A stretch of DNA of 64,000 nucleotides from Alistipes shahii (GCA_963598795.1 CAVBUY010000002.1:700-64699); one strand, 5' to 3'. Positions 17,474 to 26,661 are shown, numbered from the stretch's first letter. Numbers and translations are program-made. Notes: generated by a model not told the origin, from the sequence alone.

Positions 17474-17737
17474 CTAATTTTCAAGCGCGTCTCTCAAAGC
17501 TTTGGCAAATTGAGCGGGGCAAGAGGTATCTCTCCCTCTCGATCCTGGGCATTTGACGTCGCTTAGTAAGGCTATGAGATCTTCCACCTTGCGGCCTTCC
17601 GCCAAACGGGACACGCCTTGGGTATTGCCGGCGCAGCCGCCGACGAATGTCACCTTTTTGACTATGTCCCCGTCGATGGTTATATCGATTCTTCTGGCGC
17701 AAACGCCGCTCGGGGTGTAGGAAATGGTCTTTTCCAT
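17474..17737 (-). CDS. TIGR03905-family TSCPD-domain protein
   Basis: 87 aa. C..R.ID.. / FVGGCAGNTQGVSRL / C.GRDTSCPAQ matches the remembered 4-Cys TSCPD family. Confidence 0.7.
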   Translation of the reverse strand: MEKTISYTPSGVCARRIDITIDGDIVKKVTFVGGCAGNTQGVSRLAEGRKVEDLIALLSDVKCPGSRGRDTSCPAQFAKALRDALEN

Positions 17738-18352
17738 TTATTTGACGATCGTTCCGTATACCGTGCCAGAGCAAGCGGCGCCGTTTGCCTCGTCCGTGTC
17801 GATATGCATGGCCAAAGCGTATTTGTCGGAAACGCGGACAACCGTGTCTCCAAAGATGGTTTCGCGTCCTGTGCCGGTGACCAAGACTTTGACGATTTCG
17901 CCGTTTTTAACCCCAAAGGCCTCAGCATCTTTCGGAGTCATATGGATATGACGCTTAGCGATGATGACGCCTTCTTTGATTTCGATCTCCTTGCCATTGA
18001 GGGGGTTTCTTAAAATAACGGGGGCTGAACCGGCCAAATCCCCGGATTCGCGGATCGGGGCGGTCACTCCCAAAGAACGGGCGTCGGTCAACGACAATTC
18101 GACTTGGTCGGCCGAGCGAGTCGGGCCAAGGATGGTGACGCCGGCTATTATGCGGGCTTTGCCGGTCTTAGGATTGATGGGTCCCACCAAATCCAATTTA
18201 ACGTCAGAGGCGAATTGCCCCGGTTGGGACAGCTCCTTGCGGACGTTTAATTTTCCTTCGCCTTCCTTGACATCCTGAAGGTAATCCAAAGTCTTTTGGG
18301 AAATGTGGATGTGACGGGCGGAGGTTTCTACGATAAATTTAAGTTCTTCCAT
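17738..18352 (-). CDS. pduL: phosphate propanoyl/acetyl-transferase, PduL type
   Basis: Start MEELKF (18352). Duplicated ARHIHIS / KRHIHMTPKDAEAFGV motifs and MHIDTDEANGA are typical of PduL. Confidence 0.8.
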   Translation of the reverse strand: MEELKFIVETSARHIHISQKTLDYLQDVKEGEGKLNVRKELSQPGQFASDVKLDLVGPINPKTGKARIIAGVTILGPTRSADQVELSLTDARSLGVTAPIRESGDLAGSAPVILRNPLNGKEIEIKEGVIIAKRHIHMTPKDAEAFGVKNGEIVKVLVTGTGRETIFGDTVVRVSDKYALAMHIDTDEANGAACSGTVYGTIVK

Positions 18353-18492
18353 AATATGAATTCTCCTGGACGGATTAATTATATTATCGAATTTTCTTCT
18401 TAAAAGAAGCAAATCGGAAAAATGCCGTGGCTATGTTGAACGTCGTCATGCAATCGTAATTGCGCTCGTTCAGCTTTTTTAGATCATCGCAC

Positions 18493-18535
18493 AAAAAAAG
18501 TGGCGCTCTCTTCCTTAATTAGGATTGAACGCCAC
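18493..18535 (-). terminator. intrinsic terminator after the 433-aa surface-protein gene
   Basis: Minus strand: GTGGCG...(internally paired loop TCCTAATTAAGGA)...CGCCAC followed by TTTTTTT. Confidence 0.55.
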
Positions 18536-18544
18536 TCCGATGTT

Positions 18545-19846
18545 TTAGCCAAGCAAACTGCTCAAGTTCAATGTGATGGATGGACGAACGCCAACATAAT
18601 CATTAGTGGTGACTTGACTAACCATTGACCCTGCCCAAGAAACGGCATTCACATAGTTGCCAGTGGTGTCATCAATGGGAGAACGGGTCCAATAAGGCGC
18701 ACCTCCGTCTTGGAAGAAACACTTGTTGGCAATCGCATAATCGCTGACCTTGGATTTTCTGACATTTGAGAAATTATCGTCCGCAGGGAAGCCATATGCC
18801 GTATTCAAATAATCTTTATAGCTCAGTAAATAGACGTTGTCTTTTGTATTCTCACTAGCGTAAGGATTTGTGTCAGATTCCGTCGTTGCTGCCGAATTAT
18901 CTACATCGGTAGGAGTGATATAAGAATTATTCAAGCCAAAGGCTGTCTTATAGAAATTCTTATTTAGCCATTTTCTGATCGTTGAATTTTCGTAGGTATG
19001 CTCGTCTTTGGTGAAATTGTACGTCGAAGTATCCAACACAATGTTTGAGAGGAGCGAATAAGTTCCGCTCGAGGTTGCTAAGATCTTCCAAGTGATTGTT
19101 TCGCATTTGAACCAATAATTGGTGCCTGTTTTAATCTCGGTTCCATCGTTGAAAGTATAGTTGGAGCCATAATTGTACGGATTGGCAGCGATCCTGTCAT
19201 AATATTCACCGTTATAAAGATACCAGCCGTTTTTTTCGTAGGTAGTCAAGGCATTTAAAGCGGTAACGGTATCGGCATCGCTGACATAAGTCTGGGGATA
19301 CAAACCATAAGTTATCGTCTTGCTGGCACTGTCGAGAACCGGCAACATGCCAAGCGCTTCTTGTTTTTGAATGCTTGGGACTTCGCTATCGACATACGAA
19401 TATTCGCAGACCGTGCAAACATGGGTCGTATAGCCACCTTCGTCTTCGGTTGGTTGGGTCACTTTTTCTTCGAACGTGTGTTCGGCTTTTCCGTCGACCA
19501 CGTCATGCCCGCAGGTGGCGGCATGCCAGTGATATGTCCCATCCTTCGACCAAGTGTTCATATTGAAGGTGTGCTCATGCGAGGAACCACTATCCGAGGA
19601 ACCACCATGCGAGGAACCACTATCCGAGGAACCACCATTCGAACCATCTTTAAGGCCTAAGCCAAGGCCCAAGCCCAAAACTAAGGCAAGGATAGCTGCT
19701 ATGCACACGGAAACGTAGATGATGCTGTTTTTCTTTCCGTGTTTCTCGACGAACTTGTTGATAAAGACAATTCCGCCTTTCTTTTTTTCTTCTTCGTCAA
19801 CGGATTCGGACGTCTCGTTGACGGCTTCTTTTTTCTCTTCTTCCAT
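18545..19846 (-). CDS. membrane-anchored surface protein with Cys/His-rich module and DUF6273-like C-terminal domain
   Basis: 433 aa. Lys/Glu-rich cytoplasmic head, TM IIYVSVCIAAILALVLGLGLGLGL, GGSSDSGSSH x2, HTF..W..DGTYHWH..CGH...C.VC. C-terminal ITWKILA, STIRKWLNKNFYKTAFG, YLLSYKDY, YWTRSP, VGVRPSITL (remembered DUF6273 pattern). Confidence 0.6.
   Translation of the reverse strand: MEEEKKEAVNETSESVDEEEKKKGGIVFINKFVEKHGKKNSIIYVSVCIAAILALVLGLGLGLGLKDGSNGGSSDSGSSHGGSSDSGSSHEHTFNMNTWSKDGTYHWHAATCGHDVVDGKAEHTFEEKVTQPTEDEGGYTTHVCTVCEYSYVDSEVPSIQKQEALGMLPVLDSASKTITYGLYPQTYVSDADTVTALNALTTYEKNGWYLYNGEYYDRIAANPYNYGSNYTFNDGTEIKTGTNYWFKCETITWKILATSSGTYSLLSNIVLDTSTYNFTKDEHTYENSTIRKWLNKNFYKTAFGLNNSYITPTDVDNSAATTESDTNPYASENTKDNVYLLSYKDYLNTAYGFPADDNFSNVRKSKVSDYAIANKCFFQDGGAPYWTRSPIDDTTGNYVNAVSWAGSMVSQVTTNDYVGVRPSITLNLSSLLG
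19576..19635. repeat. perfect 2 x 30-bp tandem repeat (4 x 15-bp sub-units) inside the surface-protein gene
   Basis: CATGCGAGGAACCACTATCCGAGGAACCAC at 19576-19605 and 19606-19635. Encodes GGSSDSGSSHGGSSDSGSSH on the minus strand. Confidence 0.9.
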
Positions 19847-19878
19847 AATTGAGTCCTTTCTAAAGCGTAATCATTATA
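19650..19878 (-). repeat. conserved promoter / 5'UTR / signal-anchor module, copy 1 (inverted partner at 58990-59222)
   Basis: My hand alignment of the reverse complement: core 19791-19868 vs 59000-59076 differs by 1 indel and 2 substitutions. Weaker similarity continues through the TM-coding part. Confidence 0.8.
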
Positions 19879-19900
19879 TGATTGCACGCATCAACCACAA
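19873..19900 (-). promoter_or_regulatory. putative sigma-A promoter (TTGTGG-16-TATAAT) of the 433-aa gene
   Basis: Minus strand: TTGTGG (19895-19900), 16-nt spacer, TATAAT (19873-19878), 26 nt upstream of the ATG. Confidence 0.4.
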
Positions 19901-20042
19901 GATGAGTTTTTTAAAAAGATCGCCCGGCTTTATGCGTTGACCGCAAATAAGGGCCAATCTGAATGTCATAAAAGGTTTGATGAACGTCTTTGTGACATTT
20001 TCCTTTGGAAAGAGAAGAAAAAAGTAGCTTGCCCATCAAAAA

Positions 20043-21563
20043 ATGGGATATATTAACGGCATGGAAGAATTGGAACCAAAAAACGAAAGAAAAGAAACCG
20101 AGGCAGAGGAAAGCGAATCCAACGTCGCGACCGTGACGAGCAAGGAACTCGAATCCATCATCAAGTCGAGGGACAAGGCGGCTTTACGCAACGTTTTCGA
20201 AACGGTTCCAGACATCGATATAGCCGAGGCGGCGGATCAGTTGGAAATAACCGAATTGATCTTCCTTTTTAGGGAAGGAATTCCATCCGAGACCGCCCCG
20301 ATTTTCGACGAATTGTCCCAAGATAAAAAAGAAGAATTGATCAAGGCCATGACCGACAAGGAATTGGTCTCTTTGATCGCCGAGCAATACGCCGATGACT
20401 TGGCCGATACGGTAGGGGATATGCCCGCCAATTTGGCTACCAGGGTCCTAAGGGCGGCAGACAAAGACATGAGGGCTAATATCAACGCCTTGCTTAAATA
20501 CGCTGACGGAACGGCCGGGGCCATAATGACCACGGAATTCTTGGAATTTAAGCAAACAGAGACTGTCAAAGACACCATTGCCAGAATCAGACAAATAGGA
20601 AAAGACGCCGAAACGGTATATACGATTTTCGTCATGGACAAATCCCGCGAATTCGTGGGAACGGTAGACTTGGACGATTTGATATTCGCCTCTTCCGAGC
20701 AAACTTTGGAAGAGATAATGAACAAGGACGTCCCTTCTTGCCATACCTCCACCGACCAAGAAGAGGTAGCCAATATGTTCAGACGTTACGACTTAAACGC
20801 CTTGGCCGTGCTTAATGAAGACGATAGGCTTATCGGCATCGTCACCATCGATGACGCGGTCGACGTATTGACGGAAGAGGCGACGGAAGACATAGAGGCC
20901 ATGAGCGGCGTTCAGGCTTTAGACGACTCTTATTTAAAGACAAGCCCCATCCAAATGACCAAAAAATGCGTCCCATGGATAATCGCCTTGTTGATATTGG
21001 GGACCTTTTCATCGCTTATCCTATCGATTTTCGAGGATAAGCTGGCTATGTTGCCGATATTGGCGGCCTTCGTCCCAGTATTGATGGACACTGGCGGAAA
21101 CGCCGGGGGCCAAACCATATCCATGATGGTCAGAGGATTGGCTTTGAAAGAATTCTCGACCAAGGATTTCGGGAAGATATTAATAAAAGAATTGCTGTCG
21201 GCTTTGCTTATTTCTTTACTGGTGGCGGCCTTCGGATTCCTTTGGTTTACCATCGAACAATATACCGGCATAGTCCATAACACTTTGGGGTCCGGGGACG
21301 AACTGGCCACCATTTGGAATGGCCAGTGCTGGACTTGGGATTTCGCTAAGGAGGCCTTCAAGGTTTCGGGTGTGGTTTCCCTCACTTTGTTCTTGACCAC
21401 GTTGATATCCAAAATCGTGGCGGTATGCCTTCCTTTTGGCGTGGCCGCCATCAAAAAAGACCCGGCCGTGGTATCTCAGCCATTCTTAACTACCATCGTT
21501 GACGTCGTCTCTCTTTTGCTTTATTTCGGAATCGCCAGTTTGCTCATTTTGCGGTTCTTATGA
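20043..21563 (+). CDS. mgtE: magnesium transporter MgtE
   Basis: 506 aa. N-domain, tandem CBS (IMTTEFLEF.., LAVLNEDDRLIGIVTIDD) and TM domain with PVLMDTGGNAGGQ. Start may be ATG 20061. Confidence 0.9.
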   Translation: MGYINGMEELEPKNERKETEAEESESNVATVTSKELESIIKSRDKAALRNVFETVPDIDIAEAADQLEITELIFLFREGIPSETAPIFDELSQDKKEELIKAMTDKELVSLIAEQYADDLADTVGDMPANLATRVLRAADKDMRANINALLKYADGTAGAIMTTEFLEFKQTETVKDTIARIRQIGKDAETVYTIFVMDKSREFVGTVDLDDLIFASSEQTLEEIMNKDVPSCHTSTDQEEVANMFRRYDLNALAVLNEDDRLIGIVTIDDAVDVLTEEATEDIEAMSGVQALDDSYLKTSPIQMTKKCVPWIIALLILGTFSSLILSIFEDKLAMLPILAAFVPVLMDTGGNAGGQTISMMVRGLALKEFSTKDFGKILIKELLSALLISLLVAAFGFLWFTIEQYTGIVHNTLGSGDELATIWNGQCWTWDFAKEAFKVSGVVSLTLFLTTLISKIVAVCLPFGVAAIKKDPAVVSQPFLTTIVDVVSLLLYFGIASLLILRFL

Positions 21564-21618
21564 AGAGCATAACTTTCAGTTGCCCAAGATGGCTTAGGCA
21601 ACTATAATATCCTTCGCC

Positions 21619-21703
21619 GCGGGAATGGCGGAAATGGTAGACGCGTACGTTTGAGGGGCGTATGGGGCAACCCATGCCAGTTCGATTCTGGTTTCCCGCA
21701 CCA
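21619..21703 (+). tRNA. tRNA-Leu(GAG), CCA encoded
   Basis: Hand fold: acceptor GCGGGAA/TTCCCGC, anticodon stem TACGT/GCGTA, loop TTGAGGG, long variable arm, T-arm CCAG-TTCGATT-CTGG, ACCA 3' end. Confidence 0.85.
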
Positions 21704-21781
21704 ATGAAACAAAATGGCTCAGCGATTAATCGCTGGGTCTTTTTTTATCTTTGGGACGAGGAGTGGTATATTCATTACGTT

Positions 21782-23314
21782 ATGGCCTTATTGGAAATCG
21801 AAAACCTCAAATACGATTACGGGGATAAGCCCTTGTATCGTAATGCCTCCTTGAAGATAAATAACGGCGAACATTGCGTTTTGGTGGGCAAAAACGGATC
21901 TGGAAAGACGACTTTGCTGAATTTGATCGTAGGCGAAATTAAGCCTGATGACGGAAAAATCATTTGGACCCCCAACGTCACCTTTTCTTATTTGGACCAG
22001 CAAATGAACGTCAAGCAAGACCTACTTACCGAGGAATATCTTTATGGCGTTTATTCTGATTTGTTCCTCAAAGAAAAAGAGATGGAAGATGCTTATGAAA
22101 AGGCCGCTTTGGACATGGATAACTACGAGAAGCATCTTTCGAAAGCCGAAAAACTCCAGTCCTATTTGGACGAAAGGGGATTCTATGCCCTCCAAGAAAA
22201 AGTGGGAAGGCTATCCGATGGTTTGGGATTGGGAAAAGAGCAAATGGCCAAGAAACTATCTGAACTATCATCCGGGCAAAGGGAAAAGGCTTATCTTTGC
22301 AAGATGCTTTTGGAGGAACATTCGTTCTTGATAATGGATGAGCCGACGAACTTTTTAGACCAAAAGCAGGTAGCGTGGCTCTCGTCGTATTTGAAAGACT
22401 ATCCCAAAGCTTTCTTGGTGGTCTCCCACGATAGGGAATTCTGCAAGAAGATCGCGAATGTGGTCTTCATCCTTTCCAATCAAACCATAAGCAGATATTC
22501 GGGCGATTATGAACATTTCGAAAAGCAATACGCCTTGGATTTGGAACAATACGAAAAGAATTACAACGCCCAGCAACGTTACATCAAAAAAGAAGAGACT
22601 TTCATTGCCAAGCATATCGTAAGGGCTACCTCAGCCGGGCAAGCCAAGTCCCATAGAGCTAGGTTGGCCCATCTTAAGAGGATGGATCCGCCTAGTAACG
22701 AGACCAACAACGTCCATTTCGTCTTCCCTTTCACCCATGATGTGGGAGAGATTCCTTTAAGGGTAGAAGAACTCGAAATCGGTTATGATAAGCCCTTGCT
22801 AAACCCCATTTCCTTCATTTTGAAGAAAGGCGAGAAAATAGCCATCTTGGGTCAAAATGGTGTAGGAAAATCCACATTTGTAAAAACCATACTCGGTCTT
22901 TTGCCTTCCTTGGGCGGGGATTATAAGTTCTTAGTTGGGACCGAAATCAATTATTTCAACCAAGATGAAAAAATAGATAATGAGCAAACCCCTTTCTCAT
23001 TCTTAAAAAGCCAATACCCCGAGATGACCAACACCGAGATAAGAACGGCTTTGGGGAATGTAGGGGTAAGGAAGGAATTGGCCTTAAGGAAATTCTCCAA
23101 TCTTTCCGGTGGCGAAATCGTCAAAGCCAGGTTCGCCGCAATGTGCAAGAAGGCCACCAATTTCTTAATCTTGGACGAACCGACCAACCATTTGGATCAA
23201 GCGGCGAAAAACGCATTGTTCGAAGCCATATCGAAATTCCCGGGCGCAGTAATCCTCATATCCCACGAAAAGGATTTCTATGACGGTTTGGTCGATTACG
23301 AACTTTATTTCTAG
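21782..23314 (+). CDS. ABC-F family ATPase (two ABC domains, no TM)
   Basis: Real start MALLEIENL (21782); the track ORF start overlaps the tRNA. Walker A GKNGSGKTT and GQNGVGKST; signatures LSSGQ and LSGGE. Confidence 0.85.
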   Translation: MALLEIENLKYDYGDKPLYRNASLKINNGEHCVLVGKNGSGKTTLLNLIVGEIKPDDGKIIWTPNVTFSYLDQQMNVKQDLLTEEYLYGVYSDLFLKEKEMEDAYEKAALDMDNYEKHLSKAEKLQSYLDERGFYALQEKVGRLSDGLGLGKEQMAKKLSELSSGQREKAYLCKMLLEEHSFLIMDEPTNFLDQKQVAWLSSYLKDYPKAFLVVSHDREFCKKIANVVFILSNQTISRYSGDYEHFEKQYALDLEQYEKNYNAQQRYIKKEETFIAKHIVRATSAGQAKSHRARLAHLKRMDPPSNETNNVHFVFPFTHDVGEIPLRVEELEIGYDKPLLNPISFILKKGEKIAILGQNGVGKSTFVKTILGLLPSLGGDYKFLVGTEINYFNQDEKIDNEQTPFSFLKSQYPEMTNTEIRTALGNVGVRKELALRKFSNLSGGEIVKARFAAMCKKATNFLILDEPTNHLDQAAKNALFEAISKFPGAVILISHEKDFYDGLVDYELYF

Positions 23315-23407
23315 AGCCTTTTTATCCATTCCCCCAAATAACGTCAACCAAAGATAATGGGGAAATTGAGCCAAAAAGTTGTCAAATAACTCGTTATTTG
23401 CTATATT

Positions 23408-24238
23408 ATGCCCATGAGTAGACCAATTTTAGCGATTTTATACGACTTTGATTCGACTTTGGCGAAATCCGATATGCAGAATTTCGGCTTCATTCCGGCC
23501 TTGGGAATGACCCCTTCCGAATTTTGGGGCAAAACCTGCGAATTCAGCGCGAAAACCCATTGCGAACGCACCTTATCGTATTTATATACGATGTTAGCGG
23601 AAGCTAGGGAAAGAAACATCAAAATGACCGCGGCTTGGCTTAAGGAGTTGGGCGCCAGCATCGAATATTATCCCGGGGTCGAAGAATGGTTCGACCGCAT
23701 CAACGACTATGGCGAAAGGCATGGGATAAAAGTCGAACACTATCTCATTTCTTCCGGAAACAAAGAAATCGTGGATGGCTGCTCCATAGCCAAATATTTC
23801 AGAAAGATGTACGCTTGCGAATATCTCTTCGACGAAAAAACCAAAGAAGCCATTTGGCCGAAGCAAGTGATCAATTTCACCCAGAAAACCCAATACTTCT
23901 TCCGCATTTCCAAAGGCGTTTATGACGCCAATGACGATAAAGGGGTCAACACCCACGTCGAGAAGCACCGCGTCCCTTACCAAAATATCGTTTATATCGG
24001 AGATGGGATGACCGACGTTCCCGCCATGTTGGTAGTCAAATCCAATGGAGGGCGCTCCATCGCCGTTTACGAAAAAGGCAAGGAAGACGTCGTCAACCGC
24101 TTGGTGGAAGACGGCAGGGTCAATTTCGCCTGCCGGGCCGATTATAGGGATGGCAAGGACTTGGACAAAATCCTCAAATTGGTCATTGAAGCGGTTTCAA
24201 TCAGCGAGCAGCTGATGAAGAAAGAGTCTAGCAACTAA
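23408..24238 (+). CDS. HAD-superfamily hydrolase
   Basis: DFDSTL (DxDxT) near the N-terminus and YIGDGMTDVPAM motif IV. Confidence 0.7.
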   Translation: MPMSRPILAILYDFDSTLAKSDMQNFGFIPALGMTPSEFWGKTCEFSAKTHCERTLSYLYTMLAEARERNIKMTAAWLKELGASIEYYPGVEEWFDRINDYGERHGIKVEHYLISSGNKEIVDGCSIAKYFRKMYACEYLFDEKTKEAIWPKQVINFTQKTQYFFRISKGVYDANDDKGVNTHVEKHRVPYQNIVYIGDGMTDVPAMLVVKSNGGRSIAVYEKGKEDVVNRLVEDGRVNFACRADYRDGKDLDKILKLVIEAVSISEQLMKKESSN

Positions 24239-24266
24239 TATTCGTAGAATATGCTAAAATAGAGCC

Positions 24267-24920
24267 ATGGCGAAAGACGCTGTGGCTCTTTTATTGATTG
24301 GAGGCCTTGGTACCCGTTACGGTACGGTCCCACCCAAACAATTCCAAACTTATGACGGTTTGCCTCTTTTTATTCATTCCGCCAAAAAACTGGAAAGCGT
24401 TGTGGGAAGGGTGATTTACGTATGTCACCCATCTTATCTAAACTTAGCGAAAGAAATGTTGGATGGGGTGGGGCTTAAAAGCGATGAGATCGTTTTAGGC
24501 GGAAGCTCAAGGCAAGAATCGGTAAAGAACGGATTAACTTATCTCGAGAATAAGGTAAGTTCAGACTCAATCGTCGTCATTTCGGACGGGAATAGGCCCA
24601 ATATCACCGAAAAGATGATAGTAGGGGTTATCGACAAAGCCGAAATTAACGGATCCGCTGTCACAGCCTATCGCTCAACCAATTCGATTTTGACGTCCAT
24701 AGATGGAAATAATGCACGCCAATACCTAAATAGAGAGGAAATCTATATCGTTCAAACTCCGCAAGCCTTCCGTTATTCTTTGATTTTAAGAGCCATTAAA
24801 AATGCAAAGAGGGATTACACGGACGATGGCTCTTTGGTAATGGAGGTTGAAGGAATTCCCCCACTTATCGAGGAAGGCTCGGAATCAAACGTCAAAATCA
24901 CCACAAGAGAAGGAGATTAA
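24267..24920 (+). CDS. ispD: IspD/TarI-family cytidylyltransferase (probably 2-C-methyl-D-erythritol 4-phosphate cytidylyltransferase)
   Basis: LLIGGLGTRYG..PKQF, GGSSRQESVKNGL, VQTPQAF, TDDGSL.E..G, SNVKITTREG. ispF is present at 38253-38735. Confidence 0.65.
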   Translation: MAKDAVALLLIGGLGTRYGTVPPKQFQTYDGLPLFIHSAKKLESVVGRVIYVCHPSYLNLAKEMLDGVGLKSDEIVLGGSSRQESVKNGLTYLENKVSSDSIVVISDGNRPNITEKMIVGVIDKAEINGSAVTAYRSTNSILTSIDGNNARQYLNREEIYIVQTPQAFRYSLILRAIKNAKRDYTDDGSLVMEVEGIPPLIEEGSESNVKITTREGD

Positions 24921-24922
24921 CC

Positions 24923-26560
24923 ATGAATGAAAAGGTAGGAGACATATTGGTCGGAACAGTCGTTAGACTATACCCGAGATATGCTATATTGCTATTCGAT
25001 TCCGGAAGAACCGGGTTACTGCATATAAGCGAACTGAGCAATTCTTATGTGAGGAACTTCACGGCTTTGGTTCAAGTCGGGAACATTTACAAAGTCAAAG
25101 TCATCGGCATAAACGAAGAAAACGGGTCGATGAGGGTTTCGGTCAAGCAATTAAGCGAAGAAGAAAGGCATAGAAACCTCCCGAGAAATGAGGAAGAAAA
25201 CCAAAAAGTTTCCTTTAAAGCTCTAAGCGAAAGCTTGCCTTATTGGATCGATAATCAAATAAACGAATATAAGCCATCTCCTTTGTCTTTGAAGTTGGAT
25301 AACCTCGTCAATGAGATCGATTTCGCCTCATATCAAGATAGAGTAAACGAGATAAGCGAGAAAATAGAAAATAGATCCGGGGAGGGGAATGAATTCCTCG
25401 GTTGGAACGAATATCCCTCGAATTACGACGAAGAAGAATTCGAAAGAATCATAAGCGACGCTAAGTACGTGAGGGAAAACTACGACGCCTTATTGGTATG
25501 CGGGATAGGAGGCTCATATTTGGGGGCAAGGGCCGCCATCGAAGCCTTGAAAGGCAATATAAACAACAAGAAACCAGAAATAATCTTCGTGGGGCAAACC
25601 ACCGACGCCGACTACGTTTCGGACGTTATCGAACACCTTAGGAACAAACGGTTTGCCATAAATGTCATTTCCAAAAGCGGGACGACTTTGGAACCCGCCG
25701 TTTCCTTTAGGATTTTCAAGAACATATTGGAATCTAAAATAGGAAAGGAAGGGGCGAGAAAATCCATTTTCGTCACCACCGACAAAGAACACGGGGCTTT
25801 AAGAAAGCTATGCGAGGAAGAAGGCTATAAGAGCTATGTCTTGCCTTCCGACATCGGGGGAAGGTATTCGGTGTTTACCCCTGTCGGCTTATTCCCGATG
25901 GCCGTGGCAGGGATCGATATCAAGAGCTTTATGATGGGAGCCAAATACGCATCCGCCGATTTCAAAGATCCGTCATTGGAAAAGAACTTGGCCTATCGCT
26001 ACGCGGTCGTAAGAAACGCCTTATATGAAAAATATGGCAAATCCGTCGAATTCTTGATTTCTTATAATCCATATTTCGTCCAGCTTGGCGAATGGTGGAA
26101 ACAGCTTTTTGGAGAATCGGAAGGAAAAGATAAAAAGGGTTTATTGCCGGCTTCGCTAACCTTTACCACCGACCTCCATTCAATGGGCCAATTCGTCCAA
26201 GACGGTTCAAAAATATTCTTCGAGACCACCATTATGACCAAAAAGAAACGCCGCCGCGTTTCCCTCCCTTACATAAATGAGGATTTGGATGGCTTGAATT
26301 ATCTTGCCGGGAAGGACCTAAACGATATAACCATTAAGGCCTTCGAAGGCGTGGTTAAGGCCCATAAGGATGAGGGACATAACGACAACATAGTCATTGA
26401 AATCAACGAAATGAGCCCATATTACCTTGGATATCTCTTCTATTTCTTCATGAAATCCTGCGCGATGTCGGCTTATCTAAATGGCGTTAACCCATTCTCT
26501 CAGCCAGGGGTTGAGGTATATAAGAAAAACATGTTCTCATTGCTTAATAAGCCAGAATAA
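24923..26560 (+). CDS. pgi: S1 RNA-binding domain (GSP13/YugI-like) fused to glucose-6-phosphate isomerase
   Basis: aa 1-75 VGDILVGTVVRLYPRYAILLFDSGRTGLLHISEL...KVKVIGINEENGSMRVSVKQ is an S1 fold. From about aa 118 it is Bacillus-type PGI: EFLGWNEYP, GIGGSYLGARAAIEAL, SKSGTT.EP, GGRYSV, GESEGK. Confidence 0.85.
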   Translation: MNEKVGDILVGTVVRLYPRYAILLFDSGRTGLLHISELSNSYVRNFTALVQVGNIYKVKVIGINEENGSMRVSVKQLSEEERHRNLPRNEEENQKVSFKALSESLPYWIDNQINEYKPSPLSLKLDNLVNEIDFASYQDRVNEISEKIENRSGEGNEFLGWNEYPSNYDEEEFERIISDAKYVRENYDALLVCGIGGSYLGARAAIEALKGNINNKKPEIIFVGQTTDADYVSDVIEHLRNKRFAINVISKSGTTLEPAVSFRIFKNILESKIGKEGARKSIFVTTDKEHGALRKLCEEEGYKSYVLPSDIGGRYSVFTPVGLFPMAVAGIDIKSFMMGAKYASADFKDPSLEKNLAYRYAVVRNALYEKYGKSVEFLISYNPYFVQLGEWWKQLFGESEGKDKKGLLPASLTFTTDLHSMGQFVQDGSKIFFETTIMTKKKRRRVSLPYINEDLDGLNYLAGKDLNDITIKAFEGVVKAHKDEGHNDNIVIEINEMSPYYLGYLFYFFMKSCAMSAYLNGVNPFSQPGVEVYKKNMFSLLNKPE

Positions 26561-26574
26561 AGAAAAAAGAGAGA

Positions 26575-26598
26575 AGAGGGGGCTTGCCCCTCTTTTTC
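26575..26598 (+). terminator. intrinsic terminator after pgi
   Basis: AGAGGGG-GCTTG-CCCCTCT followed by TTTTT. Confidence 0.6.
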
Positions 26599-26661
26599 TT
26601 CGTTGACTAGCTCATTTCATGGTGCTATATTCTTTAAGCACGTTTTGAGGGTGTGCGGCCC

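Noticed and set aside
19850-20042. Possible M-box (Mg2+) riboswitch upstream of mgtE
   Set aside because: I looked for the conserved M-box blocks and extended pairing and could not recognise them by eye. No terminator is evident. The question stays open and only a cmscan (RF00380) could settle it.
21662-21781. N-terminal 40 codons of ORF 21662-23314
   Set aside because: This stretch overlaps the tRNA-Leu(GAG) gene and its terminator hairpin. The ABC-F protein starts at MALLEIENL (21782).
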